From contig NC_083288.1 in assembly GCF_963506605.1 (NCBI RefSeq), forward strand, positions 41,106,001 to 41,170,000: a DNA stretch of 64,000 nucleotides, given 5' to 3'. Both the position numbers and the translations under genes were made by a program. Below are positions 1 through 13,048 of the stretch, piece after piece (position 1 is the stretch's first letter; the number at the start of each line of letters is the position of its first letter). Source of the DNA: Zootoca vivipara (taxonomy: Eukaryota). Under the pieces are notes generated by a model. That model ran no database searches, was not told the origin of the DNA, and saw only the letters and a program-made list of their open reading frames with translations.

Positions 1-26
1 GGCTTCGTGCCCCCTCTGCTTCTTAC

Positions 27-999
27 CTCAGCTTCTTCCCAGGTCATCTTAGCTTCAAAATAGCCATAACAGTTGCCCTGGTATTGCAGCCACTCCCTGG
101 CACAAGTGTCAGCCTTAACTGCTCAGCAGAGAGAGAGATAAACCGAAAGGAAGGTGGGCGAGACCGGGATAATTACATCCTTTTTCTTCAATAAGCATGC
201 ATGGTTCCCTCCCCCACTTCATCCTCACAAGAACCCCATGAGGTAGGTAGGTTAGGCTGAGAAATAGTGCCAGGCCCAAGATCACCGTGAAGTATAGGTG
301 GGTTCCCATGAGGCAAGACACAGTGATAACAGCAAGAACCTTTAGTGAACTAACAGAACTGGACAACAGGGGCAAAGCAACTACTTATATACATTTCACT
401 CCCACTGCCAATGTGATTGGCTGTCCAAACTTCCAAGCTGCGAATCATAACTCAGAGTTTAAGGGCCAATGGCAGAGGCACAAATCCTGAAATGTTCTGT
501 GATGGAATATCATGTATTGAATCAGAACACAGGGGCTTGGAATCCTTAGTCCAGGCTCAAGCTCGGGCAAACACAGACCACTGAATACATAACGCACCCA
601 GTGAGCTTCTTGGCTAAGTGCGGATTTGAAGACTGATCTCCTGTTCCAACACTCAAACCCAGGGGTTGGAAGCTGAATCGGGCCAGTGGGCTGGTCCTGA
701 CCTTTCCTAATCCCCGTTGTGCTGTGCCTTCTAGATTTTAAACCAGGAAAAGGTTGATGTTTTTTAAAACAGATCTGTAAGCTGCTAGGGGTATTGGGGC
801 TTTGGGGCTAAGGGCCAGGGTAAAAATGCTTTTATATAGATGAAATATGCTTTAACTCTGGAAAAATTCTGCGTCTAAAGAACTGCCACTATGCCTGCTC
901 CATTAGCGCTGAATAATGCAGGAGAGACTTACCTCCCACAAGAGAGCTTGAAACCAGGAAACTGGCCAGGAAGACACTTAGATAAGTGATAGACCCCAT
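27..999 (-). CDS. C-type lectin gene A, partial (first two coding exons; the rest lies beyond the left edge)
   Basis: Exons 999-933 (ATG; MGSITYLSVFLASFLVSSSLVG, GT donor) and 118-27 ([35 protein letters not shown]). Same sizes (67/92 nt) and phases as paralogs B, D, E. Confidence 0.9.
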
Positions 1000-1299
1000 T
1001 TTTTTCTTGGTTCACCTGAAATTACGTAAGGAAATAGGACCAGAAGAACATAAGAATCCCCAGGCTGGAGCATCCATGGGCAAATTCAGATCTGTAGTGT
1101 GTCCTTTCCGACCATGGATCCCTCCCATTGGTTATTTGTTGGGGATAGACCCACCAGGCAAAGCCAGAAAGAGGTCTTCAATATTTAGACCAAACCAACA
1201 GTCTCATGTTCCCTGCAGATTGCAGGTGGCAATGTTGCACATCTCTGCTGCTTACTGTGCCTGAGACCAGACAGTCCCAGGCAAATTCAGTAAGCTATC

Positions 1300-1700
1300 A
1301 TAGGAACCTCAGATGTTGCGTTATACTGAGTCAGACCATTGGTCCACCGAGCTCAGTATTGTACCTGCTGACTAGAAACAAATCTCCAGGGTTTCAGACA
1401 GGTTCCTTTCCCATTCCTACCTGCGGCTGCCAAGAATTGAAGCCAGCATCTTCTGCATGCAAAGCAGATGCTCTACTGGTGAAGCCCCAGAGTCCTCTTA
1501 GGGGAAGTGTCATAGCTCCATTGTAGAGTATCTCTTTGCATGCAAAAAATACCAAGGTTGAATATCCAGCATCTCCAGGAAAGTCTGGAAGAGAACCCTG
1601 CCTGAAACCTGGAGAGCTGCTGCCAGTCAGTGTAGAGAATACTGAGCTAGATGGTCCAGTCATGTGACTCAGTATAAGGCTTCTTCCTGCATTCCTAGTT
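1300..1700. mobile_element. Two degenerate tRNA-derived SINEs in opposite orientation
   Basis: tRNA-like heads (agagcatctgctttgcatgcagaag on minus ~1475; tagctccattgtagagtatctctttgcatgca on plus ~1512) followed by a shared body (aaaccctggagagctgctgccagtcag...). Confidence 0.5.
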
Positions 1701-2464
1701 CCTCCTATAATGTGGAACCAAATCAATCATTCATCCAACCCAACTCAGCAGGCAGGCCCAATTTATGCCCATTTTACAGATGGCCAACAGACAGTGAAGT
1801 GGTACAAGTAGCATCTGCAACAAGACCTGGAACCTGCAATCCTCATCTATCAGGCGACAGAGGATCCAGCCCCCATGTCAGGTTGCCATGAACGGATAAG
1901 ACAAGGAAAAGTCCTTACCAACTGCTTTTTGATTCAATATTCACAGAGAGAAGCTTGCAAATGCAGCCTCTTGGAATAATGGTGTTGTCCCGAGTGACTG
2001 TGCACCCCCTCCCTCTTTCATGTATCATCACTACAGGTGCTGAGAAGTGCCCTCTGCCTTTGAGCTCTTTGCTCTCCTACTTTCAATGCTTGCCAGGTTC
2101 TGGGAGAGTGGGGATCTGGAATGCTTTCTAAAGACACTATGTCTGTCAGCTGTCGCCCCTCTGATGCTTCTTTTTCCTCCTCCTCCTCTCCCATTATTTC
2201 CCAGCTTTCTCCCTCATCTGCCTCTGAGCTGTGATCTCCCTTAAACCCCTGTTGTAATTCTGAACTGTCTCTTGTTCTTCTCTGGAAGCATCAGGCTGGG
2301 GAGGCAGTCTCCACCATTCCTCCTCTGCCCAGTCCCTGACATCATCTGAGGCCCTTCTTTGTGTGCCTCCTCCGCAAGAGGTCTGTAGGATGATGACACA
2401 AGAAGCCTAGCATCGTAAAATAGAATTGATGATACAGAAAAATCAGGGAAGCTCAACTGCTCAC

Positions 2465-2570
2465 CTGGACCCTTCGACTGATTCTCTTCTGAAGGTAGAT
2501 GCGTATAGCTACCTGCTGAGTTTGGATCTTCCTCAATGGTCTCTCCTGCTCCACAGAAAGGTGTTATATA
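2465..2570 (-). promoter_or_regulatory. TATA box and non-coding exon 1 of lectin A
   Basis: TATATAA at 2570-2564 (minus), followed by sequence resembling exon 1 of B/D/E (gagaccat...ctcagc) and a GTGAGC donor after 2465. Confidence 0.6.
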
Positions 2571-4769
2571 GGACTCATCTGGACATGATGAAAGACCACA
2601 GGCAGCAGGTTAAGGAAATGACTTGATGTGCTACTGTTCACATTACACAAGAGATGGCCGGGCCAGGAGATTTCGATCAGAGGCCAAAAGGTGTGGACCT
2701 CTGTCACAAATGACTCACTGGGGTTGTATGGAACCTTGGGCCAGTGGCCCATCCAGTCTAATAGCATCCTGTTCTCACAGCAGCCAATCAGATGCCAACA
2801 GGAAGTCTGCAAACAGGACTTTGTGCTCAAGGACACTATCCCTTCCTGTGGTTTCCAGCAGCTGGCATTCAGAGGCATATTGCCTCCAGTGGTATGGAGG
2901 CAGAACGAAGTCATCAGGGCTGGTTGCCACCGATAGCCGTATCCTCTACGAATTTGCCCCATGGTCTATGTAAGCTATCCAAATTGGTGGCCATCACTAC
3001 AAATTCGGTAGTTTAACTGTGCGCCATGTGAAGAAATTTGTTCTTTTGTCTGCCGTGAATCTTCCAACATTCAGCTTTGTTTTATGTCTATGGGTTCTAT
3101 GGATCGATCATTCATTCATTCATTCATTCCCTGCCTTTTCCCTGACAGGGACTCAAGGTGGCTTGCAGATAAAATAAGAACAGCTGGAATAATTATAATT
3201 ATTAATAAAATGGAATTACTTAGCAAAAGGTTTTTTTCCCCACTGAAAAGAGGAAATCTTAGTCAACAGCTCAGATTCTTCTGGGGTCAAGCTTCCACCC
3301 TGCTCTTACCCAAGGGACCACATAAGGTCATACCTGGGGCTCAGTTTAATCACAGCAATCTTTGACGAAAGGTTGGGGTGGAAAAGGTCATGTTACATGC
3401 ACCACAAACTGTTGTCAGTTTTAGACCATCATGGATTCTCCCCCAAAGAACCCCGGGATCCGTCTGAAGCAGGGTCAGCCCTGCCGTCCACCAGATCAAA
3501 ACGATCTGTTTCAGGGGGGCAGTTGGAAGTTCAGTGGTGGGCAGGAAGTTCAGTGGGGCAGTTGGGAAATATAAAATTCGGGAACTAGTGGTGTACATGT
3601 AGGGATGGGCCAAACTTAATTTCGAGATCTATCAGTACTTCATTTTTTCTGCTCTTAAGTTTAGTTTCCCACATTTTCACATCAGTTTGTGGGAGGCGGG
3701 AGGTCGGTTGTTTTGGGGTTTTTTGAAGTCTTTATAAAAAATTCATTGGCATTTCTTTGCAAATTCCTCTTAATATACAAATGTTAGTATATCTTAATAT
3801 ACAACTGGCTGCAAAAGGGTTGGCCACATCTGGTCCTGTTAGCTAGGGATCATGGGAGTTGTAGGCCAAAACATCTGGAGGGCCACAGTTTGGGGATGTC
3901 TGCCATAGGCCATTATGCCATATTGCTGTCTACCCTCTTGTTCTTAGAGGATATCTGATGGCAAGGATGAGTCCATAAGACTGAATCAACAACATGGTGG
4001 CCAGACATGATTTTACTTTTTTTTAAAAATGAATGCATGGACATGTGCTGAGACACAGGTTTTTATTTGCAACTGATATTATTGCTCATGTCTGTCATCA
4101 GCCAAATTACCGTTCTCACCCTAAAGTGCACTGATCAAAGCAAAAGTGATATTTAGCAAGAAAGACTTAAGGAAGAAAGACTTATGGCTGAACTGTCAAA
4201 AATCTGAAATATCCTTGCATACACAGACCTTTCAGCTGTCCTTTTCAGGCCATAAGGAAATCTATAGGCCTCGGGGTTCTCCTTTGACAGGTTCTCCTTT
4301 ACAGTGGAGAGGTTTCACAAACCATCACTCGGGTTGATCTTGTTTTTGCCATTGTTTCTCAACATGGGGTAGCTGCGTACGAGTGTTTGTGTCTGTAGCC
4401 TCTGGTCATGCCATAGCGTGACTGTCACAATGCATCCGCAGCCCCTGGCCAGCCTGGGGAAAGAGTGGATGCATAATGAAAGCTGCCTCACGGAATGGAC
4501 TTTGGTGAACTGATGTCTCACAGCTTTGATTGGTTTTTTATTCGAACTGGGCTCTATGTCACAAGTGTTCTTTGAAAACACCTTCAGGCTAATTCATGCA
4601 AAGGTTTGTGCCTACGGCAGCCGAGTTGGTTCAGGCATGGACTTTCCAGCTGTCTTCTCACAAGCTGAACCCATTGTGTACATGCTAACTGCCACACATG
4701 GAATTCAGTCTGTTTGGGTTTGTAACACATCTACACACCTGTGAGATTTGTCTATAGCTGACATGCATA

Positions 4770-4938
4770 NNNNNNNNNNNNNNNNNNNNNNNNNNNNNNN
4801 NNNNNNNNNNNNNNNNNNNNNNNNNNNNNNNNNNNNNNNNNNNNNNNNNNNNNNNNNNNNNNNNNNNNNNNNNNNNNNNNNNNNNNNNNNNNNNNNNNNN
4901 NNNNNNNNNNNNNNNNNNNNNNNNNNNNNNNNNNNNNN
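4770..4938. other. Assembly gap (N run)
   Basis: 169 consecutive N. Confidence 1.
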
Positions 4939-5370
4939 TTTCCATGGTTCATTTTGCATAACATAAATCCTTGTACTGTATATTTTACACAAACTATACC
5001 ATTCAGTATTCCATTACAGTGGTACCTCGGTTTACAAACACAATTGGTTACGGAAGTCTGTACTTAACCTGAAGTGTACTTAACCTGAACTGAACTTTCC
5101 CATTGAAAGTAATGGAAAGTGTATTAATCCGTTCTAGACAGGTCCGCGGAGTACTTAAACTTAAAATACTCAAACCGAGGTGTACTTAAACCAAGGTATG
5201 ACTATATTACATCCATCAAAACTTATTTACACTGTTGAATTTATCTTAATGCTGCCAACATTTTCAAGTATACACAATTCCCCCCATATATTCAATAAAC
5301 ATTTTCCAATCTTCTCTAAACACATGTTCTTCTTGTTCTCTTATTCTATATGTTAAGTCTGCAAGCTGCA
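4939..5370 (-). mobile_element. L1/Tx1-like LINE fragment interrupted by a Tc1/mariner-type MITE (~5037-5205)
   Basis: AT-rich LINE 3'-like sequence. The MITE starts ta-cagtggtacctcggttt and ends aaggtatgacta-ta; same family as 23258-23433 and 43920-44060. Confidence 0.55.
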
Positions 5371-5683
5371 CCATATGCCTTTCTAGACCTAAATATTTAT
5401 TTTTGATGATAAGTAACAAATTTATAGATAACTAAAGGGCATCATGATGCCCTTTTTGCAGTGCTCAAGGCTAGTGATACAAGCTGCATTCCATCGATTC
5501 AGCCCTGGATTATGTAAAACTGAAGACATCAGAGCAGTATTTTCATGGTTGATTAAGAATGTGGTTCCTGTTCCTCTTCATAAGGAAATAGATTCAAAAC
5601 TCTCTCCCCCCTCCAATATGCTTTTCCCCACCAAAATGAAAGAGAGGTTGGTGCAAGCTACATTCCACTGATTTGGCCTTAAA

Positions 5684-5861
5684 TTATGCAAAACTGAAGG
5701 CATCGGACCAGGATTTCCTTGCAGCATTTAGCTCATCTTGGTATTGCACCACCTCTGTCTGGGGTCTATATAACAGCCGACCAAACAAGGTGAGACCATC
5801 AGAGAGGCACCTGGCTCAGCTGACAAGCACATCGGTCCACCCAGGAGAACAGCATCACAAG
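5684..5861 (+). promoter_or_regulatory. Promoter (TATA 5767-5773) and non-coding exon 1 of lectin B
   Basis: TATATAA, then exon ending CACAAG|gtaaga at 5861. Homologous to 32329-32423 (D) and 35442-35535 (E). Confidence 0.75.
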
Positions 5862-6136
5862 GTAAGAGCTTGTGGAAGTGATCTACAAGTCTTGGTGAAG
5901 GGATTTTTTTCAAAGGCTGTGAGGAAGATGAATGAAAGGTTCGTGAACAAGGACTTGTGGTGACAGTGGCTGGTGTCCTGATAGGGCTGAAGGCAGGGAG
6001 GCAAATAGTTGTGATGGAGCCACAGTCAATGGCAAGCAGAGCCACTCACTGATTGGTTGTAAGTAGGAAAGCAGGAAGATGAGGATTGGCTGAGAGCAGG
6101 CTGAGGTTAGTGGGGCAATTCCTATTTGCCCTCATG

Positions 6137-6272
6137 CATTGATGGCCAAACTTGGCCCTCCAGCTGTTTTGGGACTACAACTCCCATCATCCCTAGCTAA
6201 CAGGACCAGTGGCCAGGAACGATGGGAATTGTAGTCCCAAAACAGCTGGAGGGCCACGTTTGGCCATCGATG
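6137..6272. mobile_element. 136-bp hAT MITE
   Basis: TIR CATTGATGGCCAAAC/GTTTGGCCATCGATG; TSD CCCTCATG/CCCTAATG. Confidence 0.85.
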
Positions 6273-7342
6273 CCCTAATGGATCAGTCTCCACTGACTTG
6301 TGGGAAACAACAATGTATAATTCTGTCACTAAGCAGATAAGGACTCATCCATGCTTCCTTTTATGCTACGTTTCTAGGCACAGGATTGGGCTTTCCAAGT
6401 CTGTGCCTGAGCAGGGTTTTGTTTTGTTTTGTTTATCCCAGAGCTTTCCCTGGGAAAACTCACATTTTACCACTTAATCAGAGCAAACAGCAATTGGCTT
6501 TTCCACAGACAGTCATTTGCTCCAATCCAGTGGTAAAACTTTGGCTTTCGCATGGAAAATGCTGGGGGGTGGGGAACCCTGCTCAGACACTGACTTGGAA
6601 AGCCTGAACCTTTGCCTAGAAAGCATAGAGTAAATGCAGATGAGCCCTAAGTTCACAGATCAGATAGAAAAAGAAAATCAGACAGAGAAGAATATTGGCA
6701 CAAAAGCTTAACAGAAAACCTGCATGGACTCATTTGTGTGCAGATTGAAATTTGATTTCCAGTTAACAGGTAGACCGAATAACCACCAGGGGGTGTATAT
6801 AGGGATGGGAAAGAAAATGGATTTAAAGGCAAATATATCAGATTCTCACTTTCCAGAAAAAAATATGCAAACTGAAACACAGCTCTACTTGAAAATTCAA
6901 ACTTGTCCGAATTTTTGATGCAGTTCTGCAACCAAATAGTGGTTCAAAAAATGAATTATATAGGGGGAAATTGCTTGCAAAAATGTGTACATAACTCAAA
7001 ACTGCATACAAAGCAGTGTTTATTAACAGAAATTTGCACTAAAATGTAATGAATTTTCATGAGCATTTTTTAAAAAAAGATCACAAAATGCTCCTAACTG
7101 GAGCTGACGAAGCTCACTTTAAATCAATGTCAATATACCCTTTCATAACACTGACAACTATTTGAAACTTTAACCTTCCCAGTTCTTGGAAGTTCAAATA
7201 AAGTTCTTGGAAGTTCAAATAAAGGAGAATTGCAATCCTTCCTTCCTCCTTCCCTCCCTCCCATTGTATGTATGGCAGCCAATGAATGTAACTTTGATTT
7301 TGATGTCCTGTACATTCATCTCCCTCAAAGGTCAACCAGAAG

Positions 7343-10300
7343 ATGGGACTCTTCACCTACTTCAGTCTTTGCCTTCTTGGAATCCTAATTTCCAGTCCTT
7401 TCCAGGAAGGTGAGCAATTTTATAAAAATGTGAGGCTTACCCAGAAGTCGTCGTTGGGTTGAGCTGCCATTAAAGTGCATGTTATATTTTCAAAGGATAT
7501 TAGAACAGAGCAGAAGGATGCTTTAAATTAGGCCATAATTTATTGATTTTAAAGTTATCTATCCTTTCTCAATGGAGTCATATTTCAGAACCCAGATGCG
7601 AAGTGGTGAATCCATTCACCTCTAAGGGATATTTTAGTACACATTATTTTCATGCAGAAAGGTCCCAGGTGAAATTCCTGGCAGATCCCATTAAAACGAC
7701 AGGATAACAAAGGATGAGAAAGACATAAGAACATAAGAAGAGGCTGCTGGATCAAGCCAAAAGCCTACCTGTTCCTGTTCTCATGATGACCACCTTGTGG
7801 GAAACCTACAAAAAGTACCCTAGCACTCTCCCCTCCTGCTAGTGTTCAAAAGCATTACTGCCTCCCATTGTGTAGGCAGAGCATAGCCATCCTGGCTAGT
7901 AGCCATTGATAGCCTCTCCTCCATGAAACAAAAGAGAGATGCTACCAACGTAACTTAGGGGCAGCAGCCTGAGTCTAGGGCTGGTGGGATCTGGAGTCTA
8001 AGGTCCCCCATCCCTGGGGTAGCCAATACTGGTCTGCAATAGATACCAATGGCCTAACCCATTATAAGGCAGATTTCTATGTACAGTTATTTGTGCCCTC
8101 TCCAGCAAACCCAGGAGGCATCCCTCCTTGTCCCAAAATGCCACCTGTGTGTTTCTTTAAATGTTAAGAAGTCTGTTTTGTTCATGAATAGACCTCCTCC
8201 TGGCTAGGGATGCCAGCTTCCTGTTTAGAAAGGAAGGCAGAGCTGAGCAGACATAGCCACACATAATCGCCCTATTCTGCGTAATAGGATAGGGCAGAAA
8301 TGTTGTTGTTGTTGTTTTTTATATGAGTAAATAAATAACATGTACGCTGTAGACCAGGCACCCCCAAACTGAAGCCCCTCCAGATGTTTTGGCCTACAAC
8401 TCCCATGATCCCTAGCTAACAGGACCAGTGGTCAGGGATTATGGGAATTGTAGTCCAAAACATCTGGAGGGCCGAAGTTTTGGGATGCCTGCTGTAGACA
8501 GAAGTGGGATTTCAGAGAGCACATTAAAGGCATGTCTTCTCACTGCTTTGCCTTCTTGGGGCATCTCTTCCCCCCCCATCCTTTCTCCATACAGCTGAGG
8601 CTGACACCTGTGCCAGGGAGTGGCTGCAAAACCAGGGAAACTGCTATGCGTATTTTGATAATAAATTGAGCTGGCAAGAGGCTGAGGTAAGAAGGGATTC
8701 TTGCTGTCAATGTGGGGATGCTATAGTGCAGGGGTGGTGAAACGCAGGCCAGGAGACTAAATCTAGCCCATTTGATCAGGCTCTCAAGGATCTCTCTAGG
8801 CCACACCTCCTCCCCACTCACACACCCTCTTCCCTGAGTGTTTTGCTGGACTAGACTGTGTCCTTGAACTCCAAGGATGCTTCTTGGATAGGGGATAGAA
8901 GGGCGAGTGGAAACTAGCCTTCGGTACAAAGGCATCATTTACATTCATTATGCTGCCCACTTTTGCCTGTGATCCTGCTCACCATTAGCAAGAGGTTGCC
9001 CAGTGGCGGAGGAAGGGGGGCGGGGTGCCCAGCGCCAGGTGCCACCTCTGAGGGGGGTGACAAGAAGGCACCCCACAGGGGACTCACCCTGCCACAGCCA
9101 CATGCAGAGGATCCTCTGCTCGCGGCTGCACCCTCTGCCACCATCCGTACGGCAACCGCGAGCAGAGGATCCCACCGCCGTACGTACAGCGCACGTGCAT
9201 GTGCTGTACATACGGTGCACGCTCATGCGCTGGGGGATTTGCCTCGACCTGCCACACCGGGTGCCTGTTCTCCTTCCTTCATCCCTGGGTTGCTGAGAAG
9301 GGAATGGGGTCCTCAGGCTGAAAGGGATTTCCTACCTTATTATGGGTTTCTCATCAGATTTCCATAAGTAAGGTTATCAATGTTAGTTGCCTTGAGGCAG
9401 CATCTAGCCAGCATCTCAGTCTCCACAGTTGTTCATGTTCTGGTGATGTGTCTCCTTGGGCACCTAGAAGGCTAGGTGACAGTCAGAAGGGACAGCACCA
9501 ACCGTGATGGTTGGATATGACAATTGGGGACAAAACGTCTCTGCTTCTTCTCCGTCCTCAGATTGAGTGCCAGAGCTATGGCCGTGGGGCCCACCTCGCC
9601 TCTGTCCTCACCAAAGCAGAGACTCTCTTGGTGGCCGAGCACATCTCCACTTACCAGCAAGAAATAAGCGACGTCTGGATTGGGCTCCACGATGTCCGCC
9701 AGGTGAGCTTCTCTCATGTGCTTCATTCCAGGCTATCATTAATACTAAGTGGTGACTCTATAGCAATTCCATCCCATCCTTATCCCAATTATCTCCCAGA
9801 CAGAATAATACACACACCACTTTGTTATTTTCCATGAGAGTCCTTCTCTTCTTCTCTATCATGGCTGGCATTAGCTCCCCACAGGCCAGCCCCTCCAAAT
9901 CATTTGATTTCTCACACTTCCTTTATCTCATGATCTGTTCTGTCTCCTTCCTGCAGCCCAAAAAATACAATAGGGCTCCATTTCTGGTTATCATAACTGA
10001 GCAGTGGCTCCTTAGCAATACCGTTCCACTCTTACCTCAACCATCTATCAAATTTAATCCCACTTGATGTTTCTCCATTATTTTCTATGGGTGTCCTCCT
10101 CTACTGTCTGCGTCACAGCTGGTAACAGCTCCCCATTGGACAACCTTCCCAGTTCATCTTGCACTGGTGCCATTCCAATGGTATCTTCCTCTTTCTGGGC
10201 CCATCATTCCCTTCATTGCATGATCTGTTCTGTCTCGTTTCTGCAGACCAGGAGATGGAGGTGGGCTGATGAATCCACCTACAACTATAAGGCCTGGATG

Positions 10301-11331
10301 AAACACCAGCCAGACAACTACCGCAATGCTGAACACTGTGTGGAGCTGAGACGAACCACAGGTAAGCAAACCATTTGCACCTTTTCCTGATGGAGAGTAC
10401 CTCCTTTTGTCTTGTCCCCAATCTTCCAACATCCAGCTGCATTGGGCGGCCCAGGTGTTAAAGGCCTTAACATTTTGAGTCCTCCTTTAATGAAGTTGGA
10501 TGTTGGAAGATCGAAGGCAGACAAAAGGAGGTCCTCTTCACAGAAAACATGGTTAAACTTGTTGTTGGGGAAAGATGCTATAGCACTAAGGTCCTGCTTT
10601 CAGGCTTCCCACTGTGAGAAGAATGCTGGACCAGATGGGCCTTTGGCCTGATTCAGCAGGGATCGGATCTTCTTGACTTTAGCTGACTCTCCATCACTTC
10701 ACAAGTTTCCCATGGTTGTATCCGACACTAAATCATACTCTAAATAGGCTTAAACTATTCATCACTTAAGCCTACTGATTTCAACAGGTCTACTTTGCAC
10801 AGGCATAGGCAAACTCAGCCCTCCAGATGTTTTGGGACTACAACTCCCATCATCCCTAGCTAACAGGACCAGTAGTCAGGGATGATGGGAGTGGTAGTCC
10901 CAAAACATATGGAGGGCCGAGTTTGCCTATGCCTGACTTTGCATATAACTCGGTCAGATACTACCTGGTATTTTTGTTAGCCGGGTTTTCACAAATCAGT
11001 TCTGTAGACCAGACAAGCAATGATCCACTTACATCATTTCTCAATATACCATGAGCCAGAAGACTCAGGCTAATCCACATGATTTAGTTGCATGTGATTA
11101 TCATAATTTGTCATTCTTTCCCTAGAAATGGTAGTTGCAAACCAAATTCCAGGCTATGTATTCCTCCCCCCTACACACACCAAAAAAAATTGACAACATC
11201 CTCCAGACCACACTCACTGGAGCAAGAAGTAGTAATTTTTTGTTATGTCTTTTTGCATTCTAGGTTTTAAGGAGTGGAATGATGCTCAGTGCAAGAAACT
11301 CAATGCCTACATCTGCAAACATGAACTGTAA
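7343..11331 (+). CDS. C-type lectin B, secreted, galactose-type QPD/WND, 160 aa
   Basis: Exons 7343-7409, 8595-8686, 9562-9702, 10247-10361, 11264-11331 (483 nt, all GT-AG). [170 protein letters not shown], 6 Cys in the mature chain; AATAAA 11520-11525. Confidence 0.95.
8355..8491. mobile_element. hAT MITE (137 bp) in lectin B intron
   Basis: TIR CAGGCA.CCC.AAAC; perfect 8-bp TSD CTGTAGAC. Confidence 0.9.
10800..10935. mobile_element. 136-bp hAT MITE in lectin B last intron
   Basis: TIR CAGGCATAGGCAAAC; TSD ACTTTGCA. Confidence 0.9.
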
Positions 11332-11654
11332 AGAAGACTGTGGTTCCCAAACTGTACTTATTTGGATGCTAGCTTGGTAGATTTATCTCTGATCGCATTA
11401 ATTCCTCTCCCATCCCTCAGCGTGAAAGACCATCTCCCCCATTCATCCCATCTCTGAAGAGCAACCTCTTTGATCTCCCTCTTTGGCATTTTTCTGTGCA
11501 CGCAGCACATAGTGATCTTAATAAACTCCTTTTATGCATATATTTTCTGGTGCGTTTCTGTCCTTCTCAGTTGACCTAACCTGCTCTAGAATGGCCAGAT
11601 AGGAAGTGCATAGGAAGCCGGTTTACACAGAGTCTGACCATTGGTCCACTCATA

Positions 11655-11839
11655 CAGTAGTACCTCGGGTTACGAACGCGATCCATTCCGGGTCGCAGTT
11701 CGTAACCCGAGAAGGTCACTAACCGAGCGCTCGCTTCTGCGCATGCACAAAGCGCGCGCCGAAAACACTTCCAGGTTTGCGGAGTTTGTAACCCCAACTG
11801 TTCGCAACCCAAGCGGTTCGTAAACCGAGGTACGACTGT
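11655..11839. mobile_element. Tc1/mariner (Tigger-like) MITE
   Basis: ta-cagtagtacctcgg ... ccgaggtacgactg-ta: terminal inverted repeats with TA TSD. Confidence 0.75.
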
Positions 11840-11929
11840 ACTGAATGATAGTAGCGTAGCTCTACAGGGTTATTCAGACAGGGAACATTCCTGGTTCTAC
11901 ATGAAGATGCCAGGGAAAGAACCTGGAAT

Positions 11930-12280
11930 AATAATAATATAATAATAATTTATTATTTATACCCCACCCATCTGGCCGGGTTCCCCCAGCTACTCTGGGC
12001 GGCTTCCAACAAAATATTAAAATACAGAAATTCATCAAACATTAAAAGCTTCCCTAAACAGGGCTGCCTTGAGATGCCTTCTAAAGGTCTGGTAATTGTT
12101 GTTCTCTTTGACCTCTGGTGGGAGGGCATTCTACAGGGAGGGGGGCCACTACCGAGAAGGCCCTCTGCCTGGTTCCCTGTAACTTGGCTTCTCGTAGCGA
12201 GGCAACCGCCAGAAGGCCCTTGGCGCTGGACCTCAGTGTCCGGGCACAACGATGGGGGTGGAGACGCTCCTTTAGGTATA
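11930..12280 (-). mobile_element. L2 LINE 3' fragment
   Basis: Encodes [34 protein letters not shown] (L2 ORF2 C-terminus) with a TTA-rich tail; same family as 17002-18726 and 47210-47733. Confidence 0.8.
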
Positions 12281-12346
12281 TGCATATGCTCTGCCACTGA
12301 ACTATGGCCCTTTTGCAGAAAGGGATCACATGGGCTTTCTTTTGCA

Positions 12347-12389
<43 letters not shown>

Positions 12390-13006
12390 TTAAGCATTTT
12401 ACATCAAAAACATCAACATGCTTATTATTGTACATCAAGGTACTCAACCCTTCTGCTGTGTCAACACCTAATCTTAGATTGGACAATGTGGGCTGGATGG
12501 GAAGGTGTGTGGTGTTATAGAATGGCAGTTTTATTTTAAGTTATTATTATCATTTACTGGATTTATATACCGTCCTACACCAGGAAGTCTCAGGGAGGTT
12601 TACAGAACAAAATCAAATTATAAAACCACAAAATATATAATCAAAATAAAAACAATAACCCACCCACCCACCCCCAAAAACCATATTTTAAAAGGGTTCC
12701 TGGCGCTTCTGCATTTACATGTTGACCCCCAGAACCAAGCCTTCATATGAGTTACTTTCATTGTTAATGGGGAATCAGAAACCCTTGCCAATCTGTTGCA
12801 AAACATGTAGAGATCTTGCTTTAACACCCCTGCTGAAGAGATTCAAGATTGCCCAGAGAAAGACCTGTGGAAACTTAATTGTTTCCATACTGAGGGCCAC
12901 TCATCTCGAACTCCCTAAGATTTGAGAGATTTGAGAAGGTCTCTTGTTGGTTGGTCCCAATCCTTTCCTAATGATCCCTAATATGAAATGACATATTGAA
13001 GAGGAA

Positions 13007-13048
<42 letters not shown>

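Noticed and set aside
12330-12539. Poly-Ile/poly-Tyr ORFs (also 18554, 34610, 60725)
   Set aside because: Translations of (TAT)n microsatellites.
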